Shown here in pieces: positions 55,419-64,000 of a DNA stretch of 64,000 bases. Origin of the DNA: an uncultured Planctomycetales bacterium (GTDB taxonomy: Bacteria > Planctomycetota > Phycisphaerae > UBA1845 > PWPN01); contig CAZMVY010000001.1 of assembly GCA_964569765.1 (NCBI GenBank), positions 4 through 64,003 on the forward strand, read 5' to 3'. The notes below the pieces were generated by a model. It ran no database searches. It was given only the letters and a program-made list of their open reading frames with translations, and had not been told where the DNA came from. Position 1 is the first letter of the stretch. Every line of letters begins with the position of its first letter. The position numbers were made by a program, and so were the translations under genes.

Positions 55419-58400
55419 GCCCCGGCACAACATCACGATCGCGATCGTCAACAAGTTCCTCCGCTCGAACTTGTCGATCATCCTGATCATCCTCTCGCTG
55501 GCCCTCGGAGCCGTGGCGCTGTTCATTACCCCGCGCGAGGAAGACCCGCAGATCATCGTGCCGATGGCCGACGTCTTCGTGCAGTTCCCGGGCCGTTCCG
55601 CCAGGGAGGTGGACGAACTCGTCAGCACGCCGCTTGAGAAGCTACTCTACCAGATCGACGGCGTCGAGCATGTCTACTCGATGTCGAAGCCGAACCTCGC
55701 GATCGTCACCGTGCGGTTCTACGTGGGCCAGGATCGTGAGCGGAGCCTGGTCAAACTCTACAACAAGATCGAGCAGAACAGGGACATTGTGCCTCAGGGC
55801 GTCGCCGGCTGGGTAGTCAAACCGATCGAGATCGATGACGTGCCGATCGTCACCCTCACCCTCACCGGTGGCGACGGCTACTCCCTGCGCCGCATCGCTG
55901 AGGAAATGGGCAACCGCCTCGCGCACCTGCCGGACATCTCGCGGATCAACATCATCGGCGGCCGGCCCCGGCAGTTGCTGGTCCATCTGTCGCCGGACGA
56001 CATGGCGGGGCATAACATCTCCCCGCTCGAGGTGGAGCGGGCCATCCGGGCCGCGAACGTCACGCTCCCGGCGGGCAGCTTCGATCGCAACAATGTCGAG
56101 TTCCGCGTGGACGCGGGCCAGGCTCTCGTGCGGCCGGACGAACTCGGCGACATCGTGGTCGGCGTCTGGCAGCAACAACCGGTCTTCCTCCGGAGCGTTG
56201 CCCGCATCAGCGACGGGCCAGCGGAGCCCGCCGATTACGTCGCGTACGGCCGCGGGCCGGCGTGGTACAACCCCGACGCCGGGGGCATCGCCCCGCCCTC
56301 GGCCTCGCCGGCTGACTGGCCCTACTATGCCCAAACCGCTCCGGCCGTCACCATCGCGATTGCCAAGAAGAAGGGCACCAACGCCGTGTGGGTTGCCGAA
56401 GCCGTCCTGGAGGAAGCGAAGCACTTGCAGGAGGAGTTCCTTCCGGCGGGCGTGGACGTCGTGGTCACCCGCAACTACGGCGAGACGGCGGACGAGAAGG
56501 TCAACGACCTCGTCGAAGCCCTCGGCGTTGCCGTGGCCATCGTCATCATTCTGCTCGCGTTCGGGCTGGGAACGCGCCAAGCCCTCGTCGTGGCGCTGGC
56601 GGTGCCGATCGTCTTCGGCCTCACGCTCGCCGTGAATCTGCTTGCGGGCTACACGATCAACCGGGTGACGCTCTTCGCGCTGATCCTCGCTCTGGGCCTG
56701 CTGGTGGACGACCCGATCGTTGATGTGGAGAACATCCACCGCCACTTCCGCCTGCATCGCCGTGCAAGCGAGGAGATCGTGCTGGAGGCCGTCAACGAAG
56801 TCCGCCCCCCGCTTATCACGGCGACGCTGGCGGTCATCATCTCGTTCCTGCCCATGATGTACATCACCGGAATGATGGGCCCGTACATGCGGCCGATGGC
56901 GCTCAACGTCCCCGTGACGATGATCATGTCGATGGTCGTTTCGTTCACGATCACGCCGTGGCTGGCGTACCACGTGCTCAAGGGCGAGTACCGCACGGCC
57001 CCGACGGAAAAAGATACGACCGATCCGCACGATATGACGGCGGTGAAGAGCTCGGTTCTGTACCGGCTCTTCTACCCGCTGATGGCCCCCCTGCTGCACT
57101 CGCGCGCACTGGCCTGGTCCTTCCTCGGCATCATGGCCCTGGCAACGGTCGGCTCGGGGCTGCTGGCCCTGTCGCGGCACGTCCCGCTCAAGATGCTGCC
57201 GTTCGATAACAAGAACGAGTTGCTGCTCGTGCTCGATTTCGATCGGGGCACGACGCTGGAGCAGAGCGAGGCCGGCGTCCGGCAGTTCGAGGACTTCCTG
57301 CGGACGGTGCCGGAGGTCCGCGACTTCCAGTCCTACACGGGCATCGCTTCGCCCATGGACTTCAACGGACTGGTCCGGCACTACTACCTCCGCAAGGGTG
57401 CGAATGTCGCGGAGATCCGGATCAACCTGGCCCCGAAGAAGAACCGCAGCCAGCAGAGCCACGCCCTCGCCCTGCGGCTGCGCCCGGAACTGGACCGCAT
57501 CGCCGGGCAATGCGGCGCGAAACTGAAGGTCGTCGAGATTCCGCCCGGCCCGCCGGTCATCGCCACCGTGACGGCCGAGGTGTTCGGCGGCCCGTTCGAC
57601 TCCTACGAGGACATCATGCAGGCGGCGCGCACCGTGAAGGCACGGCTGGCGCGCGAACCGGGCATTGCGGACCTGGACGACACGATCGAGGCAAGGCAAA
57701 CGAAGTACGTCTTCGTCGTGGACAAGACCAAGGCGGCGCTCAACGGCGTCAGCCCCGACGACGTGGCCGGCACCCTCGCGGCGGCGCTCGGCGGCGAGGC
57801 GGTCGGCACCCTCCGCCTCCCGCGGGAGCGACAATCCCTGGAGATCATCATCCGCGTGCCCGAGGCCGGGCGGTCCTCGCGCCAGGACCTCTCCCGCATC
57901 TATGTCAAGGGGCAATCGGGCCAGCTCGTCCCGCTCCGCGAACTCGGAGAGTGGCAGGGCCAGACCGAGGACCAGACGATCTATCACAAGGATCTGCAAC
58001 CTGTGGTCTACGTCTTCGCGGAAGCAGCAGGGCGCCCCCCCGCCGACATCATCCTCGACACGGAGGCGGACAAGGCTCCCTCCGCCAAGGGTCCATCCGC
58101 CGGAAGCCCTGGCACGCGGGTCGGTGCGGGTTGGGTCTCTACGGCTGCGCCGCGGCCCGTGGAAGGACGCACGTTCTTCCGCTCCGGCGGAGGAATCCCC
58201 TGGACGCTGCCGGAAAGCTTTCGGGTACGCTTCTCCGGTGAAGGCGAATGGCAGATCACGCTCGACGTCTTCCGTGATCTCGGCCTGGCCTTCGCCGCCG
58301 CTCTGGTGGGCATTTACATCCTGCTCGTGAATCAGACCGGCTCGTTCACGCTGCCGCTGATCGTCATGCTGGCCATCCCGTTGACGATCATCGGGATCAT

Positions 58401-58809
58401 GCCCGGTTTCTGGCTGCTCAACGTCCTGGCCGCGCAGACCGTCGGCGGGTACTCCGACCCGGTCTTCTTCACGGCCACCGCCATGATCGGCATGATCGCC
58501 TTGGCCGGTATCGTCACCCGCGACTCGATCATCCTCGTGGACTTCATCCATCTGTCGCTCGCCCGCGGCCGGTCGCTCTTCGACGCGATCATGGAGAGCC
58601 GCGTTGTCCGGCTCCGGCCGATCCTGCTGACGGCGGCGACGGCCATGCTTGCGGCGATTCCGATTACGCTCGACCCGATCTTCTCCGGCCTGGCCTGGTC
58701 GCTCATCTTCGGCCTCCTGGCCTCGACGATCTTCACGCTCTTCGTCATTCCGGTGACGTACTGGCTGCTCTACGCCCACAAGCCGGGGCACGGGCTGCCG
58801 AGCGCCTGA
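55408..58809 (+). CDS. RND efflux permease (AcrB/AcrD/AcrF family)
   Basis: 1133 aa. FLRSNLSIILIILSLALGAVALF.. N-terminus, LGLLVDDPIVDVENI, and 12-TM RND architecture. Confidence 0.93.
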   Translation: MTTEPRHNITIAIVNKFLRSNLSIILIILSLALGAVALFITPREEDPQIIVPMADVFVQFPGRSAREVDELVSTPLEKLLYQIDGVEHVYSMSKPNLAIVTVRFYVGQDRERSLVKLYNKIEQNRDIVPQGVAGWVVKPIEIDDVPIVTLTLTGGDGYSLRRIAEEMGNRLAHLPDISRINIIGGRPRQLLVHLSPDDMAGHNISPLEVERAIRAANVTLPAGSFDRNNVEFRVDAGQALVRPDELGDIVVGVWQQQPVFLRSVARISDGPAEPADYVAYGRGPAWYNPDAGGIAPPSASPADWPYYAQTAPAVTIAIAKKKGTNAVWVAEAVLEEAKHLQEEFLPAGVDVVVTRNYGETADEKVNDLVEALGVAVAIVIILLAFGLGTRQALVVALAVPIVFGLTLAVNLLAGYTINRVTLFALILALGLLVDDPIVDVENIHRHFRLHRRASEEIVLEAVNEVRPPLITATLAVIISFLPMMYITGMMGPYMRPMALNVPVTMIMSMVVSFTITPWLAYHVLKGEYRTAPTEKDTTDPHDMTAVKSSVLYRLFYPLMAPLLHSRALAWSFLGIMALATVGSGLLALSRHVPLKMLPFDNKNELLLVLDFDRGTTLEQSEAGVRQFEDFLRTVPEVRDFQSYTGIASPMDFNGLVRHYYLRKGANVAEIRINLAPKKNRSQQSHALALRLRPELDRIAGQCGAKLKVVEIPPGPPVIATVTAEVFGGPFDSYEDIMQAARTVKARLAREPGIADLDDTIEARQTKYVFVVDKTKAALNGVSPDDVAGTLAAALGGEAVGTLRLPRERQSLEIIIRVPEAGRSSRQDLSRIYVKGQSGQLVPLRELGEWQGQTEDQTIYHKDLQPVVYVFAEAAGRPPADIILDTEADKAPSAKGPSAGSPGTRVGAGWVSTAAPRPVEGRTFFRSGGGIPWTLPESFRVRFSGEGEWQITLDVFRDLGLAFAAALVGIYILLVNQTGSFTLPLIVMLAIPLTIIGIMPGFWLLNVLAAQTVGGYSDPVFFTATAMIGMIALAGIVTRDSIILVDFIHLSLARGRSLFDAIMESRVVRLRPILLTAATAMLAAIPITLDPIFSGLAWSLIFGLLASTIFTLFVIPVTYWLLYAHKPGHGLPSA

Positions 58810-58816
58810 CCGGCTC

Positions 58817-58845
58817 TTGGCAATGCCGCGAGGGAGGCATACCAT
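58817..58845 (+). promoter_or_regulatory. Sigma70-like promoter upstream of purD
   Basis: TTGGCA (58817-58822), a 17-nt spacer, then TACCAT (58840-58845). AAGGA RBS precedes ATG 58867. Confidence 0.3.
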
Positions 58846-58866
58846 GGCGCCCGAGGTAAGGACACG

Positions 58867-60144
58867 ATGAAGATCCTGGTGATCGGCAGCGGCGGACGCG
58901 AGCACGCACTTGTCTGGAAGATCGCACAGTCTCCCGCGGTGAAGCAGATCTTCTGCGCCCCCGGCAACGCGGGCACGGCGGACCTGGCCGACAATATCGA
59001 CATCTCCGCGGAGGATGTCCCGAATCTCGTCGAGTTCGCCAGGCGAGAGAAGATCGACCTCGTTGTCGTCGGGCCGGAGGATGCGCTGTGCGCGGGCATC
59101 GTCGATGCGATGGCCGCCGAGGGAATCCGCGCCTTCGGACCGTCCAAAGGGGCGGCGCGGCTCGAGGGCGACAAGGCCTTCGCCAAACAACTGATGCGGC
59201 AGCACGCCATCCCCACGGCCGAGGCCCGGGTTTTCAAGGCGTACAAGGCGGCGCGGACGTACGTGGCCACGCGCGACACCGGTCTGGTGGTCAAGGCCGC
59301 CGGTCTGGCGAAGGGCAAGGGCGTGATCGTCTGCGACGAACCGTCGCAGGCCCTGCTCGCATTGGACCGCATCATGGTCCAGCGGGAGTTCGGCGCGGCC
59401 GGCGAGACCGTCGTCGTCGAGGAAAGGCTCGCCGGCCCGGAAGCGTCCGTCCTGGCCTTCGTGGACGGGCGGTCGATTTATGTCATGGAATCCGCGCAGG
59501 ACCACAAGCCCGGCGGTGAGGGCGACACCGGTCCGAACACCGGCGGCATGGGGGCCTACAGCCCCACGCCGGTCATCACCGATGAAATCCTCGCCCAGGT
59601 GGAGCGCCAGATACTCGTTCCGATCGTTGACGCCATGAACCGCGAGGAAACCCCCTATCGCGGCGTGCTCTATGCGGGCCTGATGCTCACGCACAACGGC
59701 CCGAAGGTCCTCGAGTTCAACTGCCGCTTCGGCGATCCGGAAACGCCGCCCATTCTGTTCCGGTTGCAGTCGGACCGCGTCGAGGGGATGGACGCGGTGC
59801 TCGCGGGCAGGCTTGACTCGATCACACTCCGCTGGGATCCGCGCCCGGCGATCTGCGTCGTCATGGCGGCCGGCGGGTATCCCGGGGAATACAGGAAAGG
59901 CGCCGAGGTCATCGGCCTGGACGACGTTGTATCGGATGACGTGATGGTCTTCCATGCGGGCACAAAACGCCTCGGCGGAAAGGTGGTCACCGCCGGCGGG
60001 CGGGTGCTGGGCGTCACCGCCCGCGGCCCCACGCTGGCCGAGGCGCAGAAGCGCGCCTATCAGACCGTAGAGCGGATTCACTTTGACGGCGCCTGTTATC
60101 GACGCGACATCGGCGCCAAGGCCTTGAGCGGTTCGATTCGCTGA
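58867..60144 (+). CDS. purD: Phosphoribosylamine-glycine ligase
   Basis: MKILVIGSGGREHAL.WK, VVKAAGLAKGKGV, GPNTGGMGAYSP, and EFNCRFGDPE. Confidence 0.95.
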   Translation: MKILVIGSGGREHALVWKIAQSPAVKQIFCAPGNAGTADLADNIDISAEDVPNLVEFARREKIDLVVVGPEDALCAGIVDAMAAEGIRAFGPSKGAARLEGDKAFAKQLMRQHAIPTAEARVFKAYKAARTYVATRDTGLVVKAAGLAKGKGVIVCDEPSQALLALDRIMVQREFGAAGETVVVEERLAGPEASVLAFVDGRSIYVMESAQDHKPGGEGDTGPNTGGMGAYSPTPVITDEILAQVERQILVPIVDAMNREETPYRGVLYAGLMLTHNGPKVLEFNCRFGDPETPPILFRLQSDRVEGMDAVLAGRLDSITLRWDPRPAICVVMAAGGYPGEYRKGAEVIGLDDVVSDDVMVFHAGTKRLGGKVVTAGGRVLGVTARGPTLAEAQKRAYQTVERIHFDGACYRRDIGAKALSGSIR

Positions 60145-60236
60145 TCCGTTACCCCGTGCAACCCGGGGCTCCGGCCTTCCGCATATGCGGGTAACGGATC
60201 AACCGGCGAACCCGACCAACGTACGAAGGAGACACT

Positions 60237-61196
60237 GTGGCAGAGAAACTGATCATCATCGGTTCCGGGCCGGCGGGCTGGACGGCCGCGATTTATGCCG
60301 CACGGGCGAACCTCACCCCGCTCGTCTACGAGGGCGAGGCCACACAGTACATGATCCCCGGCGGTCAGCTCATGTTCACTACCGAGATCGAGAACTACCC
60401 GGGATTCCCGGAGGGCATCGGCGGCCAGGAACTGATGGCGCGGTTTCGCAAGCAGGCCGAACGGTTCGGCACGCGTATCCGGAGCGAAGACATCGTGAAG
60501 ATTGACGCCTCCGCCCGCCCATTCAGGCTCCAGGGCTCCGGCGGCGGGACGGTCGAAGCGCACGCCGTCATCGTCGCCACCGGCGCGCGCGCAAACTGGC
60601 TCAACCTTCCGAACGAGCAGCGACTCGCCCGCTCCGGCGGCGGCGTCAGCGCCTGCGCAGTCTGCGACGGCGCGCTGCCCGTCTTTCGCAACAAGGAACT
60701 CGTGGTCGTCGGCGGCGGCGACAGCGCCATGGAGGAGACCGACTACCTCACCCGCTTCGCCTCCAAGGTTTACCTCATCCACCGGCGAGAGGAACTGCGG
60801 GCGAGCAAGATCATGCAGAAGCGCGTCCTGGAAAACCCCAAGGTCCAGGTCGTGTGGAACTCCGTCGTCGTGGATGTCCTCGGCGATTCCATGATCACGG
60901 CGGTCCGCCTGAAGAACGTCAAGACCAACGAGGTCCGCGACCTGCCCTGCGGCGGACTGTTCCTGGCCATCGGCCACACCCCCAACACCGAATTCGTCCG
61001 CGGGACGATCGACCTCGACGAAAAGGGCTACATCGTCTGCCCGAGGCCCTTCCGCACATACACCAGCGTGGAAGGAATCTTCGCCGCCGGCGACGTAATG
61101 GACTCCTACTACCGCCAAGCCGTTTCCGCCGCCGGAACGGGCTGCATGGCCGCCCTCGACGCGGAGCGATGGCTCGCCGCCAAGGGCGTCCATTAA
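60237..61196 (+). CDS. trxB: Thioredoxin-disulfide reductase
   Basis: GTG 60237, 5 nt after [24 protein letters not shown], redox centre [15 protein letters not shown], and FAAGDV. Confidence 0.95.
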   Translation: MAEKLIIIGSGPAGWTAAIYAARANLTPLVYEGEATQYMIPGGQLMFTTEIENYPGFPEGIGGQELMARFRKQAERFGTRIRSEDIVKIDASARPFRLQGSGGGTVEAHAVIVATGARANWLNLPNEQRLARSGGGVSACAVCDGALPVFRNKELVVVGGGDSAMEETDYLTRFASKVYLIHRREELRASKIMQKRVLENPKVQVVWNSVVVDVLGDSMITAVRLKNVKTNEVRDLPCGGLFLAIGHTPNTEFVRGTIDLDEKGYIVCPRPFRTYTSVEGIFAAGDVMDSYYRQAVSAAGTGCMAALDAERWLAAKGVH

Positions 61197-61273
61197 GGCC
61201 GCGTCATCCGGCCCCGGGAGGACCGGAAAACCCCCGACCGCCCCCGGCGGCGACGGTGCCCGCCCAGGGAAAC

Positions 61274-62419
61274 CTACAGCCTCGCGTTCCTCCGCAGGCG
61301 CAGGAGCGCCTGCACGTACTCGTCGGGGATGAGTCCGTGCTCGTCCGGCGGCACATCGAGCAGCAGGTTGACGCCCCGCGCCCGGCACGCCTGGAGTTGA
61401 TCCGCCAGGACCGCGTCCGCCCGAGGCACATCGCCCGGCACATAGAACCATTCCTTGCCGATCGGGTCGCACACCTCGCCCGGCATGTAGTACTCCTTCC
61501 CCTCGATCGTCCGCCACTTCCGGTGCCCGGATTCCGGCGGCAGTCGCCGTTCGATCGCAATGAGATCCGACGGCCACGCGTAATCCACGTTGTAGGTCTC
61601 GCCCGTCGAGATCCCGCTGTTCATCATGATGACCGTCTGCGGCTGCAACTCGGCGATCTTCCGGTAGAGATACTCGCGATATCCGCGCCCGAGCACGCCG
61701 GGGATGTCGATCCACACCTCCGCGATCGGCCCGTACTGCGTCAGCAGCTCCAGGAGCTGCGCCGTCTGGAAGCTCTGATAGACCGAGGTCGTATAGGCCG
61801 GCATCGGCCCTGCCGGCCGCGTGTGTGTTACGCGCTCCATCTCGGCGAAGCGGTCGTTGCCCCAATACCACTGGAGGCCCGGGTCCGACGGTGTTCGGCT
61901 GCCGAACCGGTTGTGGTTGTCCCAGGAGCAGTAATACAGCCCGGCCAGAACGCCGTGTTTCTCGCACGCCTTCACGAAATTCTCCACGACGTCGGTCCTG
62001 TTCCCGCTATTCGCCACCGTGTACGTGGTGTGCCGGCTCGGCCACAGGCAATGGCCCGCCACGTGCTTCGCCGTCAGCACCGCGTACTTCATCCCGGCGT
62101 CGCGCGCAACGCAGATCCATTGATCCACGTCGAGCCGGTCCGGTGCGTACACCGTCGGGAGCGACTGGCCGTCGGGCAGTTCGTTACGGACGAACGTGCT
62201 CATGCCGAAGTGGATAAACATTCCGTACCCCAGGGCCTCCCACCGGGCGAGTTGCCCCAGGCTGAGCCGCTGGGCCCCTCTTGCCGACGCCGTGGCCTCT
62301 GCTGCATCGGCGTCATCTCGCGGGGAACGCAAACCGGAGGCGGCAGCCGTCGCCGCGATGACGCCGCCGGCCGTCCTTCTGAAAAGCCCGCGTCGGGAAA
62401 GCTGGTCATCCTTCATCAT
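61274..62419 (-). CDS. GH29 alpha-L-fucosidase with Tat signal
   Basis: ORF trimmed to ATG 62419, after GGAGG. Tat motif SRRGLFRRTAGGVIAATAAA. GYGMFIHFG, AGMKYAVLTAKH..G..LWPS. Confidence 0.88.
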   Translation of the reverse strand: MMKDDQLSRRGLFRRTAGGVIAATAAASGLRSPRDDADAAEATASARGAQRLSLGQLARWEALGYGMFIHFGMSTFVRNELPDGQSLPTVYAPDRLDVDQWICVARDAGMKYAVLTAKHVAGHCLWPSRHTTYTVANSGNRTDVVENFVKACEKHGVLAGLYYCSWDNHNRFGSRTPSDPGLQWYWGNDRFAEMERVTHTRPAGPMPAYTTSVYQSFQTAQLLELLTQYGPIAEVWIDIPGVLGRGYREYLYRKIAELQPQTVIMMNSGISTGETYNVDYAWPSDLIAIERRLPPESGHRKWRTIEGKEYYMPGEVCDPIGKEWFYVPGDVPRADAVLADQLQACRARGVNLLLDVPPDEHGLIPDEYVQALLRLRRNARL

Positions 62420-62534
62420 GCTGACCTCCCCGGCACCGGGATGCTGTGATCCCCAACAGCCGGCGTGCCGGCCCGTGCCGACGCGTATCGTAGCCAATGC
62501 TCCGCGCTTTCGGAAGTTGCGGCGGTTGCACGTC

Positions 62535-62564
62535 TTGACCCGACTTTTGGGTAGCTCTTACAAT
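62535..62564 (+). promoter_or_regulatory. Sigma70-like promoter for the terminal FG-GAP lipoprotein gene
   Basis: TTGACC (62535-62540), an 18-nt spacer, then TACAAT (62559-62564). Implies a ~155-nt 5' UTR before ATG 62726. Confidence 0.4.
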
Positions 62565-62725
62565 GCCCCGGCGACCGTGGTTCGGCGCGGCGAGCGGACC
62601 CTTGCGTGGAGCGGCCTGCCCGAAGCGAGCACCGCGGAGTGAGCGGCGGGGCTGCCGAGGGCGGCAACGCCCGGCCCCACCGCCACGGAAACTCTCCCTC
62701 TTTGACCTGCGGAGGTCTTCAACGG

Positions 62726-64000
62726 ATGGCGAGCCAAACAGGCAGCAATGAAAGCAGCCGCATCACCCGCGACCGTGTCTCGTTCAGCGGCGGGAACGCG
62801 GTTGTCGCCTCGCGCGTTGCGGTGCTCATCGTCGTGGGCAGCGTCCTGGTTGCCGGTCTTTCGCTGGGCGGTTGTCCGGGCTCGCCGCCCGTGATCCCCG
62901 TCGAAACCAACACCGCGGGCGGAACCAGCAAACCGGGCGCAAGCACCGGAAGCGGAAACGCGCAGCCGGTGCTCTCGTTCCTGGAGCCCGTTCTGGACCA
63001 GGAGGTCTCGCCGGGCGACGTCGTCGCCATCACGTGGACCGTCACGGACCCGGACGGCAACCCGCAATACACGATCCAGCTCGATCCGGACAGCATTCCG
63101 AACAACGGCAATGAGATCGTCATTGCACGCGGTTTCGCCAGCGATCTGCCCCCGTCGGGCCAGACATACCTGCTCGACACGAAGGGCCTGGCCACCGGCA
63201 CATACCTTGTCCGCGGCACGGCGGACGACGGCGTAAATGCGACGATTCTGATTACGGCCACAGGGCGTGTCCGGCTCTTCCCCGCCGGTCTTCAGCACCG
63301 CAATCGTCCACCCTTCATCCTCGTCACGCAACCCTCCAGCGTCCACGGTGTGGTCCAAGGCGACGTCGTGCAGTTCAGTTGGTGCGCCCGCGACCCGGAC
63401 GACAACGCCCGCGTCCTGCTCCTGCTCGACTACGACGACAACCCCGACAACGACGTGGTCTTCCATACGAAGTCCCAGGTGGACGCCATCTGCCAGGGAA
63501 CGCTGCCCCGGCAGGTCAACGGGGCCATCCTTCTCGCCTGTTCGCAGGAAAACGATTGCACCAATCCCGCCCAGGGCGACACGCTCAACTGGATAGTCGA
63601 CGTAGGCGACATCCCCCCGCGGCCTGATGGCCAGCCGTATCGGGTCCGCGCCGACATCACGGACATGACCACGGAGAACCCGACGCTCCATTCGTACGCA
63701 CCGGGCGGGCTCATGGTCCTTCCGATCGTCAGTACATCCCTCGTGGACGTCGGGAACGTCGGGCGGACACTCGCCGGAGCCGTGTGCGAGGGCTTTGACG
63801 CCGGCAGCCGCCTCGGACAGGCCTTTACCCCCGTACCTGACCTGAACAATGACGGGGCGGACGAGTTCGTCATGGTGGCCCAGTACGGCCATCCCTTCGA
63901 ACGCGGGCCGGTTGGCTCGGCCTATCTGGTCTTCGGGCGGCCCATGGCGCAGCCTACTACCCAGCCGTCCACCACGCCCCTGCCCGCCTCGCGCTTCGCC
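62726..64000 (+). CDS. Secreted lipoprotein with FG-GAP-like repeat, 5' partial (runs off the window)
   Basis: My own translation from ATG 62726 gives 425 codons with no stop to the window end. Absent from the ORF track because no stop lies in the window. Lipobox VAGLSLGGC. DLNNDGADEFVMVAQYG...GSAYLVFG is FG-GAP-like. Normal composition, unlike antisense ORF 62558..63892. Confidence 0.75.
   Translation, partial: MASQTGSNESSRITRDRVSFSGGNAVVASRVAVLIVVGSVLVAGLSLGGCPGSPPVIPVETNTAGGTSKPGASTGSGNAQPVLSFLEPVLDQEVSPGDVVAITWTVTDPDGNPQYTIQLDPDSIPNNGNEIVIARGFASDLPPSGQTYLLDTKGLATGTYLVRGTADDGVNATILITATGRVRLFPAGLQHRNRPPFILVTQPSSVHGVVQGDVVQFSWCARDPDDNARVLLLLDYDDNPDNDVVFHTKSQVDAICQGTLPRQVNGAILLACSQENDCTNPAQGDTLNWIVDVGDIPPRPDGQPYRVRADITDMTTENPTLHSYAPGGLMVLPIVSTSLVDVGNVGRTLAGAVCEGFDAGSRLGQAFTPVPDLNNDGADEFVMVAQYGHPFERGPVGSAYLVFGRPMAQPTTQPSTTPLPASRFA

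Noticed and set aside
55642-60081. Longest ORF in the track (1479 aa, minus strand)
   Set aside because: It runs antisense to the RND permease and purD and straight across their intergenic region and promoter. Its composition is extremely R/G/D/H/P-rich with no recognisable motifs. The plus-strand genes have unambiguous family motifs. This is a typical high-GC shadow ORF.
60096-61967. 623-aa minus-strand ORF
   Set aside because: It is antisense to trxB (CAVCDG, GxGxxG motifs on the plus strand) and then out of frame with the GH29 gene. It is Arg/Gly/Pro-rich with no motifs.
62558-63892. 444-aa minus-strand ORF at the 3' end
   Set aside because: It is antisense to the open-ended plus-strand lipoprotein ORF (62726->64000), which has a lipobox, normal composition and an FG-GAP-like motif. 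The minus-strand product is low-complexity R/G/V/D-rich.
1-64000. Scan for CRISPR arrays, tRNA/rRNA genes, transposases, integrases, toxin-antitoxin pairs and other mobile or defence hallmarks
   Set aside because: I saw no regularly spaced repeats, no GGTTCGAATCC-type T-arm with an acceptor stem in the intergenic regions I read, no rRNA-like stretches, and no DDE, tyrosine-recombinase or reverse-transcriptase-like ORFs. This is a visual scan only. tRNAscan-SE, Infernal and defence-system HMMs should confirm it.

Overview
High-GC chromosomal segment (roughly two-thirds G+C by eye, not computed). It is densely coding, with about 50 protein genes. I recognised no rRNA, tRNA, CRISPR array, transposase or integrase. 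The gene content suggests a Planctomycetota-like glycan degrader (inference): two Cys-type sulfatases, GH127, GH29, DUF1080, DUF1570, DUF1571, xylose-isomerase-type TIM barrels, Gfo/Idh/MocA, Tat-signal enzymes and FG-GAP/Ca-loop secreted proteins. Housekeeping genes are interspersed: aspS, fmt, purD, trxB, trpA, pgeF, hisI, ispE, spoVG, pilT, trkAH and an RND efflux pair. Because of the GC content, almost every real gene is shadowed by long Arg/Gly/Pro-rich antisense or off-frame ORFs, including the longest ORF in the track (1479 aa). I rejected these. Several intergenic regions carry sigma70-like TTGACA-N16-18-TAnAAT sites with a recurring TACAAT -10 box, and GGAGG Shine-Dalgarno sites are common. 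Items most worth a second look: (1) a seven-gene, translationally coupled minus-strand operon (4344-15148) bracketed by two paralogous secreted Asp-loop proteins of unknown function; (2) a SpoVG with a zinc ribbon inserted in a loop and a long disordered tail, downstream of ispE behind a strong promoter and a ~160-nt leader; (3) an RsrA-type soluble anti-sigma/ECF sigma pair divergent from DUF2892, rhodanese and RND genes, with trxB nearby; (4) a Tat-signal AraA/FucI-fold protein next to a xylose-isomerase homolog with an altered metal ligand; (5) an ~800-bp non-coding gap; (6) a 38-bp duplication of a radical-SAM gene start that creates a 15-codon uORF; (7) an orphan P-loop protein, a NicO permease fusion, and an uncharacterised secreted protein divergent from GH127. 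An open-ended ORF at the 3' edge (62726->64000) is missing from the supplied ORF track. All functional calls rest on recalled family motifs. No database search was run.
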